Origin: a virus
Length of the DNA stretch: 30,952 nt
UHGV virus genome: UHGV-0110025
Direction: 5' to 3' (one strand)
Shown here: piece after piece, positions 24,537-30,952 of the stretch
Layout of the letters: every line of letters begins with the position of its first letter
How positions within the stretch are numbered: the first letter of the stretch is position 1
Program-made: the position numbers and the translations under genes
The notes under the pieces: generated by a model
Told to the model about the DNA's origin: nothing
Seen by the model: the letters and a program-made list of their open reading frames with translations, nothing else
Database searches by the model: none

Positions 24537-25715
24537 ATGAGTGATTTTCACCACGGCGTGCAGGTGCTTGAGATTAACGACGGCACCCGCGTCATTTCCA
24601 CTGTTGCAACCGCAATCGTCGGCATGGTCTGTACAGCCAGCGATGCGGATGCGGCAACCTTTCCCCTCAACGAGCCGGTACTGATTACCAATGTGCAAAG
24701 CGCCATTGCGAAAGCCGGTAAAAAAGGCACTCTGGCCGCGTCCCTGCAGGCCATCGCCGACCAGTCAAAACCTGTCACAGTTGTCGTGCGTGTTGCCGAA
24801 GGTACCGGAGAAGACGCCGAAGCGCAGACCATTTCCAATATCATCGGCGGCACGGATGAGAACGGTAAATATACCGGCATCAAGGCGCTGTTGACTGCCG
24901 AAGCAGTCACCGGCGTTAAGCCGCGCATTCTCGGCGTGCCGGGTCTCGATACCAAAGAGGTCGCAGTCGCACTTGCTTCGGTCTGTATCAGCCTGCGCGC
25001 GTTTGGTTATGTCAGCGCATGGGGTTGTAAAACCATTTCCGAGGCGATGGTCTATCGCGAGAATTTCAGCCAGCGCGAGCTGATGGTCATCTGGCCTGAT
25101 TTCCTTGCATGGGATACCACCACAAACGCCACCGCACCGGCATACGCAACTGCGCGCGCACTCGGCCTGCGTGCCTATATCGACCAGACCGTCGGCTGGC
25201 ACAAAACCCTGTCTAACGTCGGCGTGCAGGGTGTCACCGGCATCAGTGCGTCAGTGTTTTGGGATTTGCAGGCATCCGGCACCGATGCTGATCTGCTCAA
25301 CGAGGCCGGGGTCACGACACTGGTGCGTAAGGATGGCTTCCGCTTTTGGGGTAACCGCACCTGCTCTGATGACCCGCTTTTCCTGTTTGAGAACTACACC
25401 CGCACCGCGCAGGTGCTGGCCGACACGATGGCCGAGGCGCACATGTGGGCGGTCGATAAGCCCATCACCGCATCACTTATCCGTGACATTGTCGACGGCA
25501 TTAACGCCAAATTCCGCGAGCTGAAATCAAACGGCTACATCGTGGACGGTGAATGCTGGTTCGACGAGGAATCGAACGATAAGGAAACCCTCAAGGCCGG
25601 GAAACTGTATATCGACTACGACTATACACCGGTTCCACCACTGGAAAGCCTAACCCTGCGCCAGCGTATCACCGATAAATATCTGGTGGATCTGGCCGAA
25701 TCGGTCAACAGCTAA
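24537..25715 (+). CDS. FI: Tail sheath protein gpFI. Start at MSDFHHGVQVLEI.
   Basis: MSDFHHGVQVLEINDGTRVISTVATAIVGMVCTASDADAATFPLNEPVLITNVQSAIAKAGKKGTLAASLQAIADQSKPVTVV is near-identical to the P2 FI N-terminus. Confidence 0.92.
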   Translation: MSDFHHGVQVLEINDGTRVISTVATAIVGMVCTASDADAATFPLNEPVLITNVQSAIAKAGKKGTLAASLQAIADQSKPVTVVVRVAEGTGEDAEAQTISNIIGGTDENGKYTGIKALLTAEAVTGVKPRILGVPGLDTKEVAVALASVCISLRAFGYVSAWGCKTISEAMVYRENFSQRELMVIWPDFLAWDTTTNATAPAYATARALGLRAYIDQTVGWHKTLSNVGVQGVTGISASVFWDLQASGTDADLLNEAGVTTLVRKDGFRFWGNRTCSDDPLFLFENYTRTAQVLADTMAEAHMWAVDKPITASLIRDIVDGINAKFRELKSNGYIVDGECWFDEESNDKETLKAGKLYIDYDYTPVPPLESLTLRQRITDKYLVDLAESVNS

Positions 25716-25730
25716 GGAGCCTGAAACAAC

Positions 25731-26249
25731 ATGGCACTACCCCGCAAACTTAAATATCTGAACATGTTCAATGACGGCCTTAGCTACATGGGCGTTGTGG
25801 AATCCGTGACGCTGCCGAAGCTGACCCGCAAGCTCGAAAACTATCGCGGCGGCGGCATGAATGGCGCGGCGGCGATTGACCTTGGTCTCGACGATGATGC
25901 GCTCACCGTCGAATGGTCTGTCGGTGGCCTGCCTGATGTGGCGCTGTGGGCGCAGTACGCCGCGCCGGGTGCTGACGCAGTGCCGTTGCGTTTTGCTGGC
26001 TCTTACCAACGTGACGACACTGGCGAAATCGTGGCGGTCGAGGTGGTCATGCGTGGCCGTCATAAAGAAATCGACGGCGGCGAGAATAAGCAGGGTGAAA
26101 ACACCTCGACCAAACTGTCGACCGTATGCACCTATTACCGCCTCACGATTGATGGTAGCGACGTCATCGAAATCGACACCGTCAACATGGTTGAGAAGGT
26201 GAACGGCGTCGACCGTCTGGAACAGCACCGCCGCGCAATCGGGCTGTAA
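25731..26249 (+). CDS. FII: Tail tube protein gpFII.
   Basis: 172 aa (MALPRKLKYLNMFNDGLSYMGVVESVTLPKLTRKLENYRGGGMNG) matches P2 FII. Confidence 0.9.
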   Translation: MALPRKLKYLNMFNDGLSYMGVVESVTLPKLTRKLENYRGGGMNGAAAIDLGLDDDALTVEWSVGGLPDVALWAQYAAPGADAVPLRFAGSYQRDDTGEIVAVEVVMRGRHKEIDGGENKQGENTSTKLSTVCTYYRLTIDGSDVIEIDTVNMVEKVNGVDRLEQHRRAIGL

Positions 26250-26312
26250 TTCCCTGGCCGGTCAGCACTGCTGGCCGGTTATTAATCCCCATTCAGAGCA
26301 GAGAAAAACATC

Positions 26313-26648
26313 ATGGCAAAAGCACCACGTAAAACCGCTGAATTTGTTGATATGGCTGGCAATGAAATTGACACCGTAAACCCGAACGTCGTGACCCTCG
26401 ACAAGCCGATTAAGCGCGCCGGTCAGACGATTGATAAAGTCACACTGATTGAGCCGAACGCCGGTACCCTGCGCGGTGTCAGTCTGGCAGCGGTGGCGCA
26501 GTCCGAAGTCGATGCGCTGATTAAGGTATTGCCACGCATGACCTACCCCGCGCTTACGGCGCAGGAGCTTACCGCAATGAACCTGCCCGATATGCTGTCG
26601 CTGGCCGCTAAGGTGATTAGTTTTTTGTCACCGGCTTCGGCGGAGTAG
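26313..26648 (+). CDS. E: Tail assembly chaperone gpE.
   Basis: 111 aa, position between FII and T. It contains the slippery heptamer TTTTTTG near its 3' end. Confidence 0.8.
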   Translation: MAKAPRKTAEFVDMAGNEIDTVNPNVVTLDKPIKRAGQTIDKVTLIEPNAGTLRGVSLAAVAQSEVDALIKVLPRMTYPALTAQELTAMNLPDMLSLAAKVISFLSPASAE

Positions 26649-26800
26649 ATTTCCCGCCCGACCTGTCGACCGATGACCTGATGGCGGATATCGCGGTGAT
26701 ATTCCACTGGCCGCTATCAGATCTCTATTCCCTGAGCCTGACCGAGCTCATCACATGGCGCGAAAAGGCGCTGCAGCGTAGCGGACACCACAATGAGTAA
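26313..26800 (+). CDS. E': gpE' (gpE+E'), the -1 programmed frameshift extension product of gene E. The slip is at T TTT TTG (26621-26627) and the extension ends at a TAA overlapping the T start.
   Basis: Translating the -1 frame after the slip gives FFVTGFGGVDFPPDLSTDDLMADIAVIFHWPLSDLYSLSLTELITWREKALQRSGHHNE* (stop 26798-26800). This matches the known P2 E' extension (DDLMADIAVIFHWPPSELY...LTELITWREKAL...). Confidence 0.6.
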
Positions 26801-29237
26801 TAACCTGAGACTTGAGGTTTTGCTGAAAGCGGTCGACCAGGCGACCCGACCGCTTAAATCCATCCAGACCGCGAGTAAAACCCTGTCGGGCGATATTCGC
26901 GACACACAAAAAGGGCTGCGTGACCTGAACGGGCAGGCCGCGAAAATCGACGGCTTTCGCAAAACCAGCGCTCAACTGGCCGTAACCGGCCAGTCGCTGG
27001 AGAAGGCAAAGCGCGAGGCTGAAGCGCTTGCCACGCAATTCAAAAATACTGAGCGCCCGACGCGAGCGCAGGCACAGGTGCTCGAATCCGCAAAACGTGC
27101 CGCCGAGGGGCTGCAGGTTAAATACAACAGCCTCACCGAGTCGGTTAAACGCCAGCAACGCGAGCTGGGTGCCGCCGGTATCAATACCCGCAATCTGGCA
27201 AACGATGAGCGGGGGCTTAAAACACGTATCAGCGAGACGACGGCGCAGCTCAACCGGCAGCGTGAAGCATTGGCGAAGGTCAGCGCACAGCAGGCGCACC
27301 TAAACCGAGTGAAAGAGCGATATAAATCGGGTAAGGAGCTTGCCGGTAACATGGCCGCTGCAGGTGCTGCCGGGGTCGGTATTGCGACAGCGGGAACGAT
27401 GGCCGGGGTTAAATTGCTGATGCCCGGTTATGACTTTGCGCAAAAAAACTCCGAGCTGCAGGCTGTGCTCGGGGTCGATAAGCAGTCGCCAGAAATGCAG
27501 GCGTTACGCAAACAGGCGCGCCAGCTCGGTGACAATACAGCCGCTTCTGCTGATGATGCAGCCAGTGCGCAGATTATCATTGCAAAAGGTGGTGGTGATG
27601 CGGCGGCTATAGCGGCCATGACACCTGTGACTCTCAACCTGTCGCTTGCAAACAAAAAAACAATGGAGGAAAACGCGCAACTGTTGATGGGGACAAAAGC
27701 CGCCTTTCAACTTTCTAATGACGCGGCTGCACATATCGGTGATGTTCTTTCAACCACGATGAACAAAACCACCGCTGATTTTCAGGGACTAAGTGACTCA
27801 TTAAGTTACCTTGCCCCTGTTGCGAAAAATGCTGGGGTGAGTCTTGAACAGGCGGCGGCGATTACCGGCACACTTCATGATAATAACATCAGGGGGTCAA
27901 TGGCTGGGACTGGCGGCGCTGCTGTTATAACGAGACTACAGGCACCCACAGGCAAAGCATACGATGCTCTCAAAGAGCTGGGAGTTAAAACCTCAGACAG
28001 CAAAGGCAATACGCGCCCGCTATTTACCATCCTGAAAGAAATGCAGGCCAGTTTTAAGCGCAACAATCTTGGTACCTCACAAAAGGCCGAGTACGTGAAA
28101 ACGATATTCGGCGAGGAGGCTATGAAGTCTGCAAGTGTCCTTATGGCGGCAGCGGCAAGCGGAAAACTCGATAAGCTAACTGCCACGATAAAGGATTCAG
28201 ACGGTAAAACAGAGGAGCTGGTCAAGGTTATGCAGGATAACCTCGGCGGCGACTTCAAGGAGTTCCAGTCAGCATATGAGGCGGTCGGCACTGACCTCTA
28301 TGACCAGCAAGATAGCTCATTGCGTCAGCTAACTCAGACAGCAACACGGTATGTGCTAAGGCTTGATGACTGGATCAAAGACAACAAGGAGTTAGCGGAA
28401 ACTATCGGCATCATCGCCGGTGGTGCGCTGGCGCTGATTGGTATCATCGGCGGCATTGGTCTCGTTGCGTGGCCGGTTGTCATGGGGATTAATGCAATTA
28501 TCGCCGCTGCTGGCGTGCTGGGTACGGTCTTTACTGTCGTCGGTAGTGCCATTGCGACAGCGCTCGGTGCGATTACCTGGCCGATAGTGGCCGTCGGTGC
28601 GGCGATTGTGGCGGGGGCGCTACTCATCCGTAAATATTGGGAGCCCATCAGCGCATTTTTCTCGGGAGTGATTGAAGGCATCATGAGTGCCTTTGCCCCA
28701 GTCGGGGAAATGTTAGCTCCACTGGCTCCCATTTTTGATGGTCTCGGCGAGAAACTGCGCGGCGTCTGGCAGTGGTTTAAAGACCTGATAGCACCGGTTA
28801 AGGCCACGCAGGAAACGCTTGATAGCTGCAAAAATGTCGGCGTCATATTTGGTCAGGCACTGGCCTCTGCCTTGATGGCTCCGCTCAATGTTTTTAACAA
28901 GCTGCGCAGCGGTGTCGACTGGCTTCTCGAAAAGCTCGGCATCATCAACAAAGAGTCGGACAGCCTCGACCAGACCGCCGCCAAAACCAATGCCGCCACA
29001 CAGGGTAATTCCTACATCCCGGCAACCAGCACATATGGCGGCTATCAGGCTTATCAGCCAGTTACCGCACCGGCGGGGCGCTCTTACATTGACCAGAGCA
29101 AAAGCGAATACAACATCAATCTGCCGGGAGGTGTTGCGCCGGGGCATCAGCTTGACAGACAACTACGCGACACGCTCGAACAGATTGAGCGCGATAAACG
29201 CGCCCGCCAGCGTGCCAACATGACCCACGACTATTGA
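26793..29237 (+). CDS. T: Tail tape measure protein gpT.
   Basis: 814 aa, with a coiled-coil N-terminus, a Gly/Ala-rich TM-like central region and a transglycosylase-free C-terminus. Position FII-E-T-U-D. Confidence 0.9.
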   Translation: MSNNLRLEVLLKAVDQATRPLKSIQTASKTLSGDIRDTQKGLRDLNGQAAKIDGFRKTSAQLAVTGQSLEKAKREAEALATQFKNTERPTRAQAQVLESAKRAAEGLQVKYNSLTESVKRQQRELGAAGINTRNLANDERGLKTRISETTAQLNRQREALAKVSAQQAHLNRVKERYKSGKELAGNMAAAGAAGVGIATAGTMAGVKLLMPGYDFAQKNSELQAVLGVDKQSPEMQALRKQARQLGDNTAASADDAASAQIIIAKGGGDAAAIAAMTPVTLNLSLANKKTMEENAQLLMGTKAAFQLSNDAAAHIGDVLSTTMNKTTADFQGLSDSLSYLAPVAKNAGVSLEQAAAITGTLHDNNIRGSMAGTGGAAVITRLQAPTGKAYDALKELGVKTSDSKGNTRPLFTILKEMQASFKRNNLGTSQKAEYVKTIFGEEAMKSASVLMAAAASGKLDKLTATIKDSDGKTEELVKVMQDNLGGDFKEFQSAYEAVGTDLYDQQDSSLRQLTQTATRYVLRLDDWIKDNKELAETIGIIAGGALALIGIIGGIGLVAWPVVMGINAIIAAAGVLGTVFTVVGSAIATALGAITWPIVAVGAAIVAGALLIRKYWEPISAFFSGVIEGIMSAFAPVGEMLAPLAPIFDGLGEKLRGVWQWFKDLIAPVKATQETLDSCKNVGVIFGQALASALMAPLNVFNKLRSGVDWLLEKLGIINKESDSLDQTAAKTNAATQGNSYIPATSTYGGYQAYQPVTAPAGRSYIDQSKSEYNINLPGGVAPGHQLDRQLRDTLEQIERDKRARQRANMTHDY

Positions 29238-29250
29238 GGGGGATTAAACG

Positions 29251-29736
29251 ATGATGCTTGCTCTCGGAATGTTTGTGTTTGAACTTCGCACCCTGCCTTA
29301 CCAGTCGATGCAGCATTCGAAAGATTATCGCTGGATGTCCAATGACCGGGTGGGTAAACCACCTGCCTATCAGTTTCTTGGCGAGGGGGAAACCTCTATA
29401 CAGCTTGCTGGTACGCTATACCCCGCTATCACTGGCGGTTGGATCTCACTAAAGGCTGTAGAGGTGATGGCCAATGAAGGCAGAGCGTGGCCGTTGATAG
29501 AGGGAACCGGAAATATCCTCGGGATGTATATCGTCGATAAAGTATCGACTACACGCACCGAGTTTTTCAGTGATGGTGCGGCCAGAAAGATTGATTTCAC
29601 GCTTTCGCTAAAACGGGTTGATGAATCGCTGACAGAGATGTTTGGTGACCTGAATAAACAGGCCAGTGAGCTTCTCGGCTCTGCCGGTAATTTGACAGAT
29701 AAACTGCAGGGTATGCCCGGAGGTTTCACTGCATGA
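29251..29736 (+). CDS. U: Tail protein gpU.
   Basis: 161 aa (MMLALGMFVFELRTLPYQSMQHSKDYRWMSNDRVGKPPAYQFLGEGETSIQLAGTLYP) matches P2 U. Confidence 0.88.
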   Translation: MMLALGMFVFELRTLPYQSMQHSKDYRWMSNDRVGKPPAYQFLGEGETSIQLAGTLYPAITGGWISLKAVEVMANEGRAWPLIEGTGNILGMYIVDKVSTTRTEFFSDGAARKIDFTLSLKRVDESLTEMFGDLNKQASELLGSAGNLTDKLQGMPGGFTA

Positions 29737-30902
29737 TAACGGGGATGGCAATTGACGCCGGTGCCAGCCTTGCACCGGCATTTATGTTGACGCTGAACAG
29801 CCAGGACATTACCAGCAATTTTAGTGACCGATTGATTTCTCTCACCATGACCGATAACCGGGGTTTTGAGGCTGACCAGCTCGATATTGAGCTTGATGAT
29901 ACCGACGGGAAAGTTGAGTTACCCCTGCGCGGGGCAGTGCTGACGCTGTGGCTTGGCTGGCAGGGCTCGGCGTTGCTGAATAAGGGGGATTTTACGGTCG
30001 ATGAGATTGAGCACCGGGGAGCGCCTGACACCCTGACCATCCGGGCGCGCAGCGCGGACTTTCGCGGCACGCTAAATTCCAGGCGTGAAGAGTCATGGCA
30101 TGACACCACCATCGGAGAACTGGTCAGCACCATCGCAAAACGCAATAAACTGACGGCCAGTGTCGCTGATTCACTGAAAAAAATCCCGGTACCGCATATC
30201 GACCAGTCGCAGGAGTCCGACGCGGTGTTTCTGACCCGGCTAGCTGACCGAAACGGAGCTGCGGTGTCAGTGAAAGCGGGGAAATTGCTGTTTCTGAAAG
30301 CCGGTAGTGCGATGACGGCCAGCGGCAGAGCCATCCCGCAAATGACGCTGACCCGTAGCAATGGTGACCGTCATCAATTTGCTATTGCCGACCGTGGGGC
30401 TTATACCGGCGTAACGGCAAAATGGTTGCACACTAAAGACCCGAAGCCGCAAAAGCAAAAAGTGACGCTGAAACGCCAGCCAAAAGAGAAACACCTACGC
30501 GCACTGGAGCACCCGAAAGCAAAGCCTGTCAGCAAAAAGACAAAGGCCAAAAAAGAGCAGGAGGCTCGCGAGGGTGAGTATATGGCCGGTGAAGCCGATA
30601 ACGTGCTGGCGCTGACAACGGTCTACGCATCAAAGGCGCAGGCGATGCGTGCCGCTCAGGCTAAGTGGGATAAACTGCAGCGAGGCGTTGCGGAGTTTTC
30701 AATCACACTGGCGCTAGGGCGAGCGGATTTATTTCCTGAGACGCCTGTACGTGTGTCGGGCTTTAAGCGCGTAATAGACGAACAGGTATGGTTAATCAGT
30801 AAAGTAACTCACATTCTGAATAATAGTGGCTTCACGACGGGGTTAGAGCTTGAGGTTAAGCTATCTGATATAGAGTACAGCTCAGAGGAAAGCGAAATAT
30901 AA
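29733..30902 (+). CDS. D: Tail protein / late control gene D product gpD.
   Basis: 389 aa, N-terminus MITGMAIDAGASLAPAFMLTLNSQDITSNFSDRLISLTMTDNRGFEADQLDIELDD matches P2 D. Last late gene before the expected ogr/attR. Confidence 0.9.
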   Translation: MITGMAIDAGASLAPAFMLTLNSQDITSNFSDRLISLTMTDNRGFEADQLDIELDDTDGKVELPLRGAVLTLWLGWQGSALLNKGDFTVDEIEHRGAPDTLTIRARSADFRGTLNSRREESWHDTTIGELVSTIAKRNKLTASVADSLKKIPVPHIDQSQESDAVFLTRLADRNGAAVSVKAGKLLFLKAGSAMTASGRAIPQMTLTRSNGDRHQFAIADRGAYTGVTAKWLHTKDPKPQKQKVTLKRQPKEKHLRALEHPKAKPVSKKTKAKKEQEAREGEYMAGEADNVLALTTVYASKAQAMRAAQAKWDKLQRGVAEFSITLALGRADLFPETPVRVSGFKRVIDEQVWLISKVTHILNNSGFTTGLELEVKLSDIEYSSEESEI

Positions 30903-30952
30903 AAAAGCAAATCATAACTTGCAAATGCAATTTTAGAGTTTATTATTCCCTC

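Noticed and set aside
26751-27352. 182-aa and 126-aa minus-strand ORFs inside tape-measure gene T, and ORFs 28334-29162 minus
   Set aside because: They are antisense shadows within the 814-aa gpT frame, which is supported by synteny and length.

Overview
This window is a near-complete P2/186-like (Peduovirus-type) prophage in an enterobacterial chromosome, read from the integrase end. The backbone is about 55-60% GC. The gene order is that of a P2-family prophage permuted at attP. On the minus strand sit int, a small secreted moron and the immunity repressor. The early lytic operon on the plus strand has a Cox/Apl-like gene, a 186-type CII, small early genes, a TraR-type zinc finger and the rolling-circle replication gene A. 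An SOS (LexA-box) module with tiny Tum-like ORFs follows. The cos site sits next. Then comes the late gene block: Q, P (minus); O, N, M, L, X, holin, endolysin, spanins, R, S; V, W, J, I, H, G; FI, FII, E/E' (with the conserved TTTTTTG -1 frameshift), T, U, D. The window ends before ogr/attR. Four low-GC (~35-40%) islands interrupt the backbone at classical P2 moron or defence-hotspot positions. (1) A secreted protein lies between int and C. (2) A translationally coupled 171-aa + 362-aa operon with its own sigma70-like promoter lies between gene A and cos, the tin/old position. (3) A 334-aa HExxH (zinc-metallopeptidase-like) gene lies between cos and Q. (4) A coupled 4-TM membrane protein + HIT-family (HxHxH) enzyme operon lies between S and V, the P2 orf30 position. 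Islands 2-4 are the best candidates for uncharacterised anti-phage or abortive-infection systems. No tRNA, rRNA or CRISPR array is visible.
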